Below, one piece after another: positions 12,071 to 24,009 of a stretch of 36,625 nucleotides of DNA. Under the pieces are notes generated by a model. That model ran no database searches and was not told the origin of the DNA. It worked only from the letters and a program-made list of their open reading frames with translations. Positions within the stretch are counted from its first letter, which is position 1; every line of letters starts with the position of its first letter. The position numbers and the translations under genes are program-made. This DNA comes from Catajapyx aquilonaris (taxonomy: Eukaryota): positions 1 through 36,625 of the forward strand of contig JYFJ02003895.1 in NCBI GenBank assembly GCA_000934665.2, read 5' to 3'.

Positions 12071-12540
12071 TGTAGTAATTATTACATAACTGAGCACGTA
12101 ACGATCTGTATCATTGTAGGTATACCCAAAGAGTTTGCTATAATATACAGTATAATATATCTAGAGAGAGAACTCTGGGTGAAATGTGAGGCAGGCAACA
12201 ATATTACCTGAGTAAGATGACTATTGGACTAATTGTTGTCCCAGTGTTATCATTGTTGGCTGTTGTCGCAGTTGCTAGACAACTGTTAGAACAACAATAT
12301 TTACCTGAGTAAAGTTGGCGGCTGCCTCACCCTGGCTAATGGGGAAGGATAGAGAGTACTTCCTCTAGGTATATTATATATTATAGTAGAACTATAGTTG
12401 GGTATACCAAGTTTTCTAACTCGGCGTTTGACGGCATATCGCGCAGGAAGATGCCTCCTCGGCTAACTAGCTATTAGTAATAATACTTAATAATAAACAT
12501 TCTGCTCTATAGTTACGTGTTTCAATTCCAGTATGTTACA
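12071..12540 (+). mobile_element. Candidate solo LTR (~470 bp)
   Basis: TGTAG...TTACA termini, AATAAA at 12492-12497, flanks GTTG/GTTC (4-bp TSD with 1 mismatch), and an internal duplication ACAACAATAT(T)TACCTGAGTAA. Confidence 0.45.
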
Positions 12541-12574
12541 GTTCATCAGAGCATATACATGATATTACACTACA

Positions 12575-12766
12575 TTTCGCGATCTATGCATTTGTTTTGT
12601 ATTGTTGACATTTCCAACGCCACCGGTTACACCCACTCCACCATAAATAGTGCTGAGACCAACAAATGATTATTCTTTCAAGTTCTCCACTAGACATTCC
12701 TTGATGATGGAAAAGCCTCTTTCAACGTCTGCATTTCCATGGATATGTAGAATTGCATTTGCTATA
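12575..12766 (-). mobile_element. hAT-like transposase C-terminal fragment
   Basis: HGNADVERGFSIIKECLVENLKE*SFVG resembles the hAT dimerisation-domain motif (ERxFS). Confidence 0.7.
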
Positions 12767-12809
12767 CCGGGTCCTCTGGATGGTACGCTGTGATGTTTTT
12801 GATGGTTTT

Positions 12810-13196
12810 GTTTACATGAAACTGTTCTTCTTTGATGTCAAGGCACAGTGTTTGCAGCTTGCTCATGACCAGCATGATAAGAACATGTGATTGTCTGAGG
12901 GTGGTGCTAGAACAGTAGGGCTTTGAAGTGCAAATGGTGTGATGCAGTTATCAGACATAATGGGGCAGCCTGGATTGAGTTGCTGATGCATCGCATCACT
13001 CCTGGTATTTAAAGTATTGCGACACTGACCTGTAGGCTATATTTAGGCTTTCAATTATGGCTAAAAGGTAATGCGTAATAATGAGTTGGGCACCACCACA
13101 GCTTTGTCTTCAGCCATCTTCGATAGTCATATCTATACTTTATATCCAGGCCAGGAAGCCTTAGTTGCATATTTTGGAAACTGCTCTCCATAAGTA
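12810..13196 (-). pseudogene. Paralog of 6410-6790 (BIR-like remnant, copy 2)
   Basis: Shares GCCAGGAAGCCTTAGTTGCATATTTTGGAAACTGCT and CAAATGGTGTGATGCAG. Translation gives YGEQFPKYATKASW...HQQLNPGCPIM. The paralogy is certain; the BIR call is tentative. Confidence 0.45.
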
Positions 13197-16024
13197 AAAT
13201 CTTTTAGGTGTTCTGTGTTTTAGCCTGCTTCTCACTATGAACTTGCCCAATCATCGCTCTGTACGAGTATAAGATATATTGGTAACGGCGTAAATGGAGC
13301 AAACATGTCCTCACAAGTCGAAGAAGAGATGCTAACCAGTTTCGTGAATTCTGAGGCTCCAGATGTATTGTGAAGATACGAATTCTCTACTAGATGTTTT
13401 CTCTTCCTCTGTCCCCACTAGTTTCTTAGGGTAGATGAGAGACAAGAGAGCGACAGCGGTTCATGTTTTATTAATTTCTCAATCAACACATTTGCATAAG
13501 CCAGATGAACTATCATTGCATTCAACAACTTGGACTGCACATCTTATTTGCAACCAATATTGAATCCACACCCTGGTACACCCGTCACTGCTGAACCGTC
13601 ATACTTCGTTCTCGAATTGTGAATCGATAGCAATTCGGAATTGAAGGAATTGCATGGCAGGTTGGCAAGGAATCCCTTTATGCTGAGTGTAGTAGTTCTA
13701 GTACTTCCGTTATCAGTGTGCATCACCTGGGTCGCGATTGAAGGTGGGACGGGGATTGGTGTGATTGGTATTTACAGAGATTGTGCAATGATTTTTAATT
13801 AATAACCTCTAATGAGTGTCAGGCCTTGATGAAGTCATGAGTCACAGACATATCCCTCTCAAGCAAACCTTATCTGCTGTTTGGCTCCCGAATATTAACA
13901 TCGAATAATAGAGAATAGGAGTGTTTCGTCCAGTTTCAAGTTCAAATATATTCCTCCAGTAGCTTCACCTCAAGTCGTCGTGATTCTTAGGGCTTCAGAG
14001 GGACAAAGTAGTCACCTGTATATTCTTTACATTGGAGAGGCTTTCCTATACATAAGCAGCAATGGCACAGCGAGTCCTCGAATGTCGCTGTTATACACAA
14101 ACTGACCCGTTGAAGTGACGCATGGATAGCTATCCTTCATTATGTGTCGTTAAAAGTACTCAGGTCAACACAATTGTACATGGTAAAGAAAACCTGTATG
14201 AACACATGTGAATGAATAAGGGGTAGTCATATTGTACGTGTGAAGGATTTAGCCTAGTAAAATTGCATTTTTGTACTGAGAATGACGTAAATCCTGTTGG
14301 GTGTAACTAACAAGAGGCCACAATTACCCTTCAGCCCCTTGCGGGTGAACGGCTTTCGGGATAATTCCAGACTTGAAGCTCAGGCAGACATAAGGTGCGC
14401 CAGTCTCAAGTTTCGTAAGGTTGACATGAGTATTGCACATTGTCAGACATTGTCGCTTGAGAAAATTCTCAATGGGTAATATATACATTGTGTGCTGTTG
14501 TTTACTACAGTAGTGAGTATTATTATTATTATGTATTAAAGTTCGCTCAGGAATATTAAGTAGAGACATTTCGATGTCCACATTATATGTCATGGAAGCG
14601 TACATGCCATTCGTGAGAGAAATTGAAATTTTCAAACATGTGATCAATGTTCCATGCGAAGGTTGTTTAATGGACATCAAAAATGTTGCTGTTTGTACTT
14701 TTTGTAGCATTCAAGGACAAGAGAGTAATGGCGCCCTTATCTGATGGGCCAGTGTCTCATGGATCGTATGCCACTAGTTATAATTACAAGTTTTTAATGA
14801 ATGGATTTATATACTGTCAAGGAAAAGGTTGCTTCCAAACGCATATCATAATTTTTTGGTGTAGTATTGATACCGTATGGGAATTCAGTGGGCATTACAG
14901 TGCCAAATTAGACGATATATTGCCATTATTGTCATGAATATGATTATTTTTACCGAAATAATTTTTGGTCATTTCATGGAGTACGGGAGAAGCCAGTACA
15001 GGAACTATTGATTACTCTTTGCTTGTGTAAATTTGGATTAGTAGTAGATGATCAGTGACAACGTTAATTACAACCCAAAAGTCCACGTTTTGTTTTCTCG
15101 TGTGGATCAATTGCTTTTTTTTTTAACTAGTCGAGATTCGACAATACAAAATGTGATTATTTGGACGCTACAAAGGTCATTGTTTTTCAGAAACGGAGTG
15201 ATTCACTACTGTGATTGTTGCTGCTTTTTTTCAATAATTATATTGACTTTTGGATTAAGAATTGCTGGGTTCTCTCATTTTTCCGTTACATAAATAGGCG
15301 TGGGTTCACTAAGTTTTGTGGAATAAGTGACAGGTAAAATGAGTTGATGTTCATCAATAAATTAACTACCTTTCAGTTAATACTGATCTTTACACTAAGT
15401 TCGGTTCAGTCTGGTAGAAAACAAGTATTGTGATGGGCTGAATAACATTACTTTTAATGCAAGGTTGTTTGCTGAGAGGTCGATTTCAGTGCAGAACATG
15501 ATTCTGTGATACATGAGTCTTGGATTCAATGTAACATGGCATCATCTGTAATGTGACGTCGACACATGAGTGAGACATTTCCTTGATTGCGGCTGAAATA
15601 TAAGGACTACTATCCAAGCTATATTCAGATGACGTAATAATACGTACATCATACAGGGGCATTGAATGTGAGATATGTAGTTTTAAAAATACACGTTGTA
15701 TTACGTATAATTTCGCAGGGTTTCATTGGAATAATAAGTACCGTGTTACACCTGAATAGAAAACTTTGCAAGAGTGGTGTAAATGAATTTGTGTGAGTTG
15801 GTACTTGTTTATTGGCACAAAATATACCAAGAGTTCCTCAACATATGTTTGCATACTTTGTGACAGTTTTCAGTGTCCTCTGACGCGGTAGATCGCCTCT
15901 TGCACACCTGTATATTATAACTCTAGCATTTTGGCAGACTCATCCAGAGCAGATCTTACATGGTTCGACTTTTGCGTGCCACTAATACTGCCAACATATC
16001 ATGTGTACATCTATTTCCCTATTA

Positions 16025-16315
16025 TGTACATATTAATAAAATTATCACGCGGGTTGTAGGCAATGTTACGTACGTAATGAGTGTCTCAAACATGAAGCTG
16101 ACATCACGATGTATTATGCTGCCTGATAATTTGGTAATGTATTGGACAGCCATTTAAAATGTTAACTTAATGCTTTCAAGGAACGTTACCCTTAATTCGT
16201 ATTCATTTGAAGAAAGTGTGCTTTATCACGATTTTTGGACGCATGATTTGCTAACTGATTGCGGCTTTGATTTCGACGATTTCTACTGATACTTACACGT
16301 CGCTTTCCAAGATCA
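16025..16315. repeat. Dispersed paralogous block; second copy at ~23455-23735
   Basis: Near-identical from GTACATATTAATAAAATTATCACGCGGGTTGTA to CGTCGCTTTCCAAGATC. Confidence 0.92.
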
Positions 16316-16627
16316 GCTGTGCGGTACTTGTGCTTGAGTTGGCCATGTTCAGAGCACGTGAACAGGTCATCATCAACTCTCTTCACCACTGCTAGGATGT
16401 TGTTGGGGAACCCACGAGCCCTGTCGACATTAGGAATTGATAGAATCAACACACTTCCCAACGAACCGTGGGAACCGTGGGCATTATACAGTATAAAATG
16501 TCTGGGCTTTGGTCTGGGCCATGTGTGAATGCCTTCCCATTATACACACTGCCCAAAAAATTGGGCATTCTATACAGTGCCCCGGTCATTTTACAAAATG
16601 CACGGGTTGGACACATTGACCGTAACA
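16316..16627 (-). mobile_element. Deleted Ginger2/KRBA2-like integrase-type DNA transposon (terminus plus C-terminal fragment)
   Basis: VGSVLILSIPNVDRARGFPNNILAVVKRVDDDLF...HGQLKHKY resembles the KRBA2-like C-terminus. The minus strand begins TGTTACGG at 16627 with repeated GGGCA/TATACA subterminal motifs. Confidence 0.55.
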
Positions 16628-16779
16628 TAATGCATCAAGAAAATATAGAAATGGCGCTTGTCAGATGGTCATCACCACGAGGATCATGTGACTCTTTATA
16701 ATTACATTAATGGTACGGACGATTATTATTTTTCGACGGATATTCATCGCCTTACATTATTTTGAACAAATTAATGTAT

Positions 16780-17745
16780 TTTTTGACTTGTCAGGAACAG
16801 GTGCAATTCCTTCCAAACACCTGGATGTGGGTCTTTTAGCCATGGTATCTTCAGTCTTTCCGGAAAGTGACATCTTGTAGTCGTCAGGGGCTATATATCC
16901 TTCTTCTTCGCTTTACTTAATACTGGATCAGTAAATACGCCAAAACGTAACACGGTCTTCGTGAAGGTGGACTCCGTTGCCTTCTGTTTTTGATCTTGGA
17001 ACGAAACCTTTGTGGGCTTTCTCCTCTGCTGGCCAGGCGCCTTCGCCTGGGATGGAGGGAGGACAGTGTCCGTCTGGACCCCTATGGACCGGGTCTGCTT
17101 GGCTACAGGAACGTAAGAGGGCTTGGCCGAAGCGGCCTTTGCCAACTGACGTGCCTCGAGACACTGCGTGTCGCGCGAATGTTCTCGACTTCATCCTGCT
17201 TCTTCCTCAGGGTTATGCGGAGAACCGCAGTCACCCATTGGGGTTCCAGCTCGGCAAGGATGCTCTCCTTCGAGTCGTGCAGAAGCCCCATCTTGCGGAT
17301 GTAACCGCTGGACGTGTTTAACGTGCGATGCGGGCTGACTTTGACTGCCAGCCCGAAAAAGTGTTGTGCAACATCATGATCTTTTTGGAATCTTCGTCCC
17401 GGCAGGTCTCCACAAAGAGGTCGCCAGAACGGAGCTCCCTGATGGTTTTCGGAGTCACATTAAGGACTTTAAATTCCTTGTTCACAAGGATTGGGGATTT
17501 CTCCCCAAAATATGCAATGGATGTAGAGTGGATGATCAGATAGCGCGGGATCCGACGCTGCCTGATCGGTTGGTCTATTGTTACAGCACTTTCGGTCTTC
17601 CTCCTCTTGTTGGAGGAGGCGATCTGAGACGAAGTCTCTTGCATAGGGGTACCCATAAAAAGAGTCGGTACTGTTCACTCCCCGCTCCACGCCCACTTAG
17701 GAGCCCAACAAGGGGACGCCCTTTCGGGGTCGCCGCCCGCTTGAC
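16780..17745 (-). mobile_element. I/Nimb-clade LINE 5' UTR plus ORF1 remnant (frameshifted, zinc-knuckle region deleted)
   Basis: RYLIIHS...SPILVNKEF...PKTIRELRSGDLFVET (17318-17656), then LLHDSKESILAELEPQWVTAVLRITLRK; GC-rich 5' UTR at 17660-17745. Confidence 0.8.
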
Positions 17746-18856
17746 CTCTAAGACGCTTATAAATTACTTTGCATCAATGTACTGCTCTTGCGAGAGCGTA
17801 ATTTTCTACCAGATTTCTCAAAGTCGTTGGTGTCAGGTGTCCATGAAGAATTTTTCACACAGATGCCAGACCTAAACCTCAGGTACTGTACACACTATTG
17901 CGTCAGTTAATAGTTTTGTAATTGTGACATGCGCATTGTCATATGACAATATATTGTACTGTCGTATGACAATATATTGAACTTCATTATTTTGAGCAAA
18001 TAAATGCCGCTATTGACTATCAGGAAGTGGTGCATACTACGTGTTATAAGATTATAACTAATTGAGCTCCGGCATGGTGCGTTGTTGGTGACGGTAGGTG
18101 TGTTACGTTCTAGGCGTCCTATCTTCCTAATTCGGCCTCCGCTGGGCATTCTGGTGGGATTGGACATTTTTACACAATGCTGCTGTGTACCGAGGCAGTG
18201 TTACACTAATTTGTAAATCTTGCACAACGATACTTGATTGCTTTATTATTTATCCATTATGTACTCCAAGATTATTTCTTGCTTGAGTTTTAATGTGATT
18301 TGGATGAATTCTTAAGGTACTGTACTTTTCCTGAGCTGCAATTGGTATAAGCTAAGGGTGAGGGAGTAAGGGGACATAAATCATACGATATTATTAGGGT
18401 GATCGTTTTTAATGAATTACAATAGTTCCTTTACATGTGGACAAGCACTTTACAGGAGGTAAAGTAGATATTTCCATGGTAACCCTCATGGGTATGAAAT
18501 GGCATGATAAAATATGGGACCCCGTTGTTACATCAAAGGTCCTCCTTCAACTTCGATTTATCGACGTTGGCCCTCCACAAGACGGATAGAGCCTGTTGTG
18601 TTCTTCGGGGATCGTCACTTACACAACGGGTCCATTAGCCACGTCTAATATGCTCAGTTGCAGGTAAAAACCCAGCAAGTAGTTTGTATTAAATAGAGTA
18701 ACACTCCATTCCGTTCAGGAAATAAAACGCAATGTCATCAAGGTTCATTCATCTTCTCGCAGATATGGTCACACATCCCGCAAGCAGTGACAAATGGAGT
18801 AGCCCATCTGGGTTTCCTCAAAGAAAAGTTTTAACTACCAAGCCTAGTGCACTCAC

Positions 18857-19291
18857 CTGAAGGCCACACGCCCATGGACTTGCTGCACTGAATGTCGCAA
18901 TCGTCCAGGTCTAGCAATTCCAAGTTTGGAATCAGGGTTGCGACAGCCACCATGATCTTATCTACCCAAGCAGACGACATGTCGTCTGCTTGGGTAGATA
19001 AGATCATGGTGGCTGTCAGATGGAACAAACTGTCGCGACAGTTTGTTCCATCTGACCAGTCGTACCCGTTTCAGTTTATTCATGGGCGCGATCACCTGCT
19101 TGGCCCTCTGTGCAGATACAAACTGCCCGTCTAATTTCACTTCCTTCCAGAGCGATACATGCATGACCATCTCTCTCCAATTATGGCATACAAGGGCTGC
19201 ACTTTTCAACAGATCGGTTTGTGGCAAATAGGCAAACACTAGAAGGAGTACCTCATTAGGGGATCCGAGGTACCTGACCAACCGCATCAGC
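18857..19291 (-). pseudogene. F-box/LRR-type exon disrupted by a 61-bp palindromic insertion
   Basis: PNEVLLLVFAYLPQTDLLKSAALVCHNWREMVMHVSLWKEVKL (F-box) and LIPNLELLDLDDCDI (LRR). Acceptor TGTTTCAG at 19292; donor CAG|GTGAGT at 18857/18856. Confidence 0.85.
18942..19056. repeat. Two abutting perfect palindromes (76 bp at 18942-19017; 42 bp at 19015-19056)
   Basis: Checked base by base. Neither has a spacer, they overlap by GTC, and CGACA is duplicated at 18975-18979 and 19036-19040. Confidence 0.97.
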
Positions 19292-19894
19292 CTGAAACAA
19301 GCCAATGTTAACTAATCGGTATTACAAATTTCCACATGAGAAATTCACAATTTCGGATGTTTTCCTTTTAGTTTTTCAAGCAATGGTAATAGAAGCTCTA
19401 AGTGTAAGAGTTTTAAAAGGATCATGTGGAATGAATACAATATATCCACCTTATTACGGTGTCTCATGGTGTAAGGACAGTAGCTGCCTAAATATGCGAA
19501 TGTACACTCATATAAGTATGCACTAACTCGTTATGAACTAGGCAACAACGACATCTTTGAACAATCTTTCAGTCAATCGACAATTTGAGTAACTTAATTT
19601 TATTTCATTGTGTTAAAAAAATGATAAAAAGGTCAAACGATCTATGTGACGCCAGGGTTGCAGAATCATCGAAGGCTCTATTAATAGATAGGAGTCTGAG
19701 TAAATAAACACTGAGTTTTATGTCCCAATTTGTGGCTTTCCGCCGTGCCATTTGCGTTGTCCGCTCCGTTCCTGTTGTGGTTTTATTTTGGGTGATGATG
19801 ATGTAACTTTTCTATTGCCAGTTCATCAATTTCGGATTTCTTTCTACTTGAGGGTTCCAACAAGGGTAAGTGCTTCGTGTGTTGCAGGAGCCAA

Positions 19895-20690
19895 TCTAAA
19901 GGGAAAGTTTGCATGACCAATTTTCACGTTAGAGTGTTAATATTTATTCATGTTTGTAAGTTCAGTGTCCAATGTTACATATGTCTTGATAGTACAATAT
20001 CCAATGATTGTTCGAGACGCCATCCTGAAGTTCTTGCATGGGGAGACAGCAAGCTCACCATCCTTGTGTTTCGTCCAGCTGCAGCTTCTTTACGCATTGC
20101 TGTGTTCTTTTCGTCAATTCAGGTATTATTTGAAATGATTAAGTCTTCCGTGACTGTCACCTTCCTCGGTGGTTCGCATGACTTGAATCTGCTTAGGAAA
20201 AAAAAAGCAAACATGAGCTGTAGTTTATAATAGTATAATATGAAAGCTTTTATTCACTTCATGAGGTAGTAGTAAATTGAAATATATTGTATAGCACTCC
20301 AGTCTGTAGATAATAAGTTATGTAGTACATAGTACGTGCTGTGGCTTGAGTTGTCCCAGGAAGGTTAGTCTCCTTTCGCAATTCAGAGATGTTTTGGTCC
20401 TTCCTCTCGCCATCTCTTGCACACTTCTGGTAAGTTATGGTGGCCAATGTTTACATGAGTTTGCAAAATGTGGGCTAGGACCCATTGCATTCTGTCTTAA
20501 TTGGCCGTTTCAAAAACGTGCAGCTTCTGCATCGGACGTACCTTTCATAAGGTAAACCTTCCTTTTTTTATCGGCAGCAATCTGCTTCTCCTCCTCAGTG
20601 ATCTGCATGCGCAGCACCTCCTTTCTTGCGTCATGTTCCTCTCTTGCCATTTCAAGGACTTCCTTCTCACGTGTCCGCCTACAGAAAGGG
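19895..20690 (-). pseudogene. Decayed paralog of the orphan multi-exon gene at 28.4-29.5 kb
   Basis: Colinear with 28405-28930. The GT-AG intron 20189-20335 (147 bp) corresponds to 28678-28820 (143 bp). A charged segment EKEVLEMAREEHDARKEVLRMQI follows an acceptor at ~20680. Confidence 0.6.
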
Positions 20691-20769
20691 AGACAATTTA
20701 CAGTAGGGGACCAAGTAGATTACGTAAGACTGCTCAATCCCTGGTCAATACATAACACTAGGGAGATCT

Positions 20770-21380
20770 ACTAACCACTAAGCTAGCAGATGCAAGCTGT
20801 TCTCGAACTTTTGTTGTAGAGATAGAGGGTTGCTCCGATTTCAAAGGTAAAAAAAGCGTCAGTGGATATAATGAATGGTTTACTGTAATCTGGGCATCTC
20901 ATAAGAGGATACTTGAGAAGTTAATCAAGTAGAGTTTTCAAAGCCGATTATTGTTCAGGACCCTATGGAAGAGGGTGTAGCATGTTGGTCTGCTTTCTAG
21001 TGAGCATTGTTAGAGGTATGGCTATGTCGGCGAACCCTTTTTACAAATCTACGATAGAAACACGCTAACCTCAAGAAAGGTCCGACTTCTTTTACATTGG
21101 TTGGTCGAGGGTATGTTTCGATTGCTTCCACTTTTTTTGGCGGAGTGGGGAGGGGGGGTGTTCTGGTTTACCGTCATATGAAACCACGTTACCTAAAATA
21201 ATGCACTTTTTTTTTGAAAATGATAATGGCGAATTTTAGCAAATAATCTAGCTCTGATGATGAATTCATGATAAGCGTAAACTGGAATTACCCTAGAAGG
21301 CAAATGCAGTTATGATGTTTGCTCAACTCATCCTCTCATCCCGCTAGGGCCAAGTCAAGTACACATCATCTTAACCACAA
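20770..21380 (-). mobile_element. Gypsy pol fragment (RT C-terminus to RNase H start)
   Basis: KKVEAIETYPRPTNVKEVGPFLRLACFYRRFVK/GFADIAIPL and YPLMRCPDYSKPFIISTDA...EIGATL, with frameshifts. Confidence 0.85.
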
Positions 21381-21461
21381 CTTGACCTTGTCTGGTCCTT
21401 AGTGTAACAGCACATAAATGAGCTTGTTATTCAACAACACGTGTTAATTTTAAATAGCTTT

Positions 21462-23390
21462 TGACCCATTGCTGTTGGTTATTTATCAATGCTTCATCTG
21501 TTCCCTACTGATGAGTGATGACTTACCAGGGAATAATCCAGTACATTTTCCAATTGATGCCTGCAAGTCCGTGATCACCCACAGGATTCAACTTTAGCCG
21601 TACTGCAACATGCACCTATTTTGACACTTATTAGAACTTGCCAGTAAGTGCCCATCAACTGAAATCAATAAAATTGCTGAAAGTACTTTGTTGGGTTTCG
21701 AGTGGATTGACTATCTGGATTACTATTAATATTAATATATATTAATATATTTTAAAAGTTAATAAGATAAGTAAAAAAGTGATTGTCATTGAAATGCAAT
21801 TGTAATAATTATTGACTGTGCCCTGCACATATTACTGCTAGTAATTGAACTAGTCTCAGGAAAATAGGCACCTAGTGGGACAGGATAAGCCCGAGTGATT
21901 ATAGGAAGTCACTTGTATATCTGGTTTTATTTGCTGCTGTGGTAACAGGGAATAAGAAGAAGGGGAAGGATGAAAGGGATAGGAAGAGGGAGAGGCCACC
22001 CAAGGATATTCTCCCTGGGGTGAGGCCCCGACCAGTTCCCGGGTGGTTTGTCCCCGGAAAAAGGCCCCGAGAGGAACTGGACGGGAGCTTAAATAGACGT
22101 CCAGCCGCAATGCATGGTGGTTATAGTGCAGGTCACTCCACAAAAGGGAAGGTGGCAATTATCGGCTGGAGGGCATACAAGCGGAAAAAAGGAAATATGG
22201 CGTAACAAGGTAACGCAAGTCTGATGGGAATTGGTTTGACCGGGTCGAGGTCACACACTACGGACAAATGCTGTCACACTAGCAAGTTGCGAAAAGAAGG
22301 AAGAACAGGTGGACTAATTAACTGGGTAAATCTGACAACAGGGCTAGTAATTTCAATATATTTGATAATAAGGGCATACAAGGGAGGTAAGTAGTGGGGG
22401 AAGGAGGACCGGGTCGTCCGACTCGCCACCCTCGTCCAAGTGTGCAAGGGGCGAGCGAAAGGAATCATCCGAGTCCTCCTTTATACTGTAATACACACCG
22501 GAGGTAGTCGCAAGCCGGTCCGAAGTAGTCCATCTAAGATGAAGCACCTTGGATTCGATATGACTACTTTTTCCTCTCCGTCCTGTTAGAAGGCTGTCGT
22601 TGAATGTTTTTGAATACAGGATGGCAGAAATAGTACATTCAGTAGTCATATATAGCTCTTGGTTTCACCACGTATAATGGACCAAGTAGAAAAAAACATG
22701 CAAATATTTGAATTGGTCCTCCCCTGATGCACTTTCAATTAATTCTGCAGTATTTCACTGCTCTTGCGAGAGAATAATTTTCTAGCAGGTTTTTGAAAAT
22801 CTTGCAGGTGTCAGGTGGAAAGGAAGGCTTCCCAGACCTTAAGCTCAGCCAGTCTCAAGCTGCAACAGTCTTTAAGTTTTGTATTAGTGACATGGGTAAT
22901 GCACATTGTCGTGTGTCAAAATATTGAACTTACTTGGCACATTATTATGAACAAATGAATGGATATTTTGACTATCGGGGAAAATGCTTAGTTGCTCTCC
23001 CTGTGAATTAGCCTGTGAATCTAGCAGCTTCCAGTATATTGTATTATTATAATTATTTTAATGAATAAATGAATATTGTTCCTATGCATGTGGACGATAA
23101 TTTGCCAAGATCTGAAGTGTATATTTCCATGGTGACTCCGTTAGGTCTAAAGTGAGTGTAAATGGGTATGAAATAGGTCAAATAGGTATGAAATAGGTGC
23201 ACTGTGCCATTGCATTGGGTTATGCCATGGGTTACCAATCTTACCATCCCCTCCCTCTCTAGCTCCCCTGTACCTGGACAAACTTTCCCTTTATATGTGG
23301 AAGATGAATGGAGACAGGAGGTTGTATGATGTATTTTTTTTAGTTCCGAAGTTTCAATATACAGTGTCAAGTAACCAAACGTCTTTCTAC
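21462..23390. repeat. Segmental duplication copy A (copy B at 25434-26882)
   Basis: High-identity direct repeat starting TGACCCATTGCTGTTGG. Copy A carries an extra 403-bp solo LTR and an extra 59 bp at 22672-22730. Confidence 0.95.
21876..22278 (-). mobile_element. Solo LTR (403 bp), Gypsy-type 4-bp TSD
   Basis: TGGGACAG...CTGTCACA termini; CTAG TSD at 21872-21875 and 22279-22282; empty site CAC-CTAG-CAAG at ~25838-25848. Minus-strand TATTTAA (~22089-22095) and AATAAA (21926-21931) give the orientation. Confidence 0.9.
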
Positions 23391-23869
23391 GAAAGTCTGT
23401 GCGAAGGGTTGCTTCAAGACCAGGATAAAGTGGCCAAATGTATTTGAACCCTATGGTACATATTAATAAAATTATCACGCGGGTTGTATGCAGTGTTGCA
23501 CGTAATGAGTGTCTCAAACATGAAGCTGATGTATTATGTTGCTTGATAATTTGGTAATGTATTGGACAACCATTTAAAATGTTAACTTAATGCTTTCAAG
23601 GAACGTTATCCTTAATTCGTATTCATTTGAAGAAAGTGTGCTTTATCACGAATTTTGGACGCATGATTTGCTAACTGATTGCGGCTTTGATTTCGACGAT
23701 TTCTATTGATACTTACACGTCGCTTTCCAAGATCTGCGCTGCATTTTTTTCCAACAAGTTACAGCCCACCGGAGCACTTATACATGATACTGTATAACAA
23801 TACATATTGTCTGTCAAGTCGCGATCTGTGGATTGTGTGCACACTGGTTTTGTTTTTACGTGGTGTGCA

Positions 23870-24008
23870 CGCAAGGAACTCAAATCCAAAGAGCACGATT
23901 CAAGAGAATTTACGTTAGAGAAATTACTTTTTATATTTTAAAATGAAACGAACTGACAAATATGAGCCAAATATGTTCTGAAAAAGAGTCAAATGTACAT
24001 TTAATGCA
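23870..24008. repeat. Dispersed paralogous block; second copy at ~5250-5390
   Basis: Shared AGAATTTACGTTAGAGAAATTAC...TATATTTTAAAATGAA...ATGTACATTTAATGCAA. Confidence 0.85.
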
Positions 24009-24009
24009 A

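Noticed and set aside
22672..22730. 59-bp indel between duplication copies as an intron or mini-MITE
   Set aside because: No GT-AG ends on either strand, and only a 6-bp internal inverted match (GGACCA/TGGTCC).
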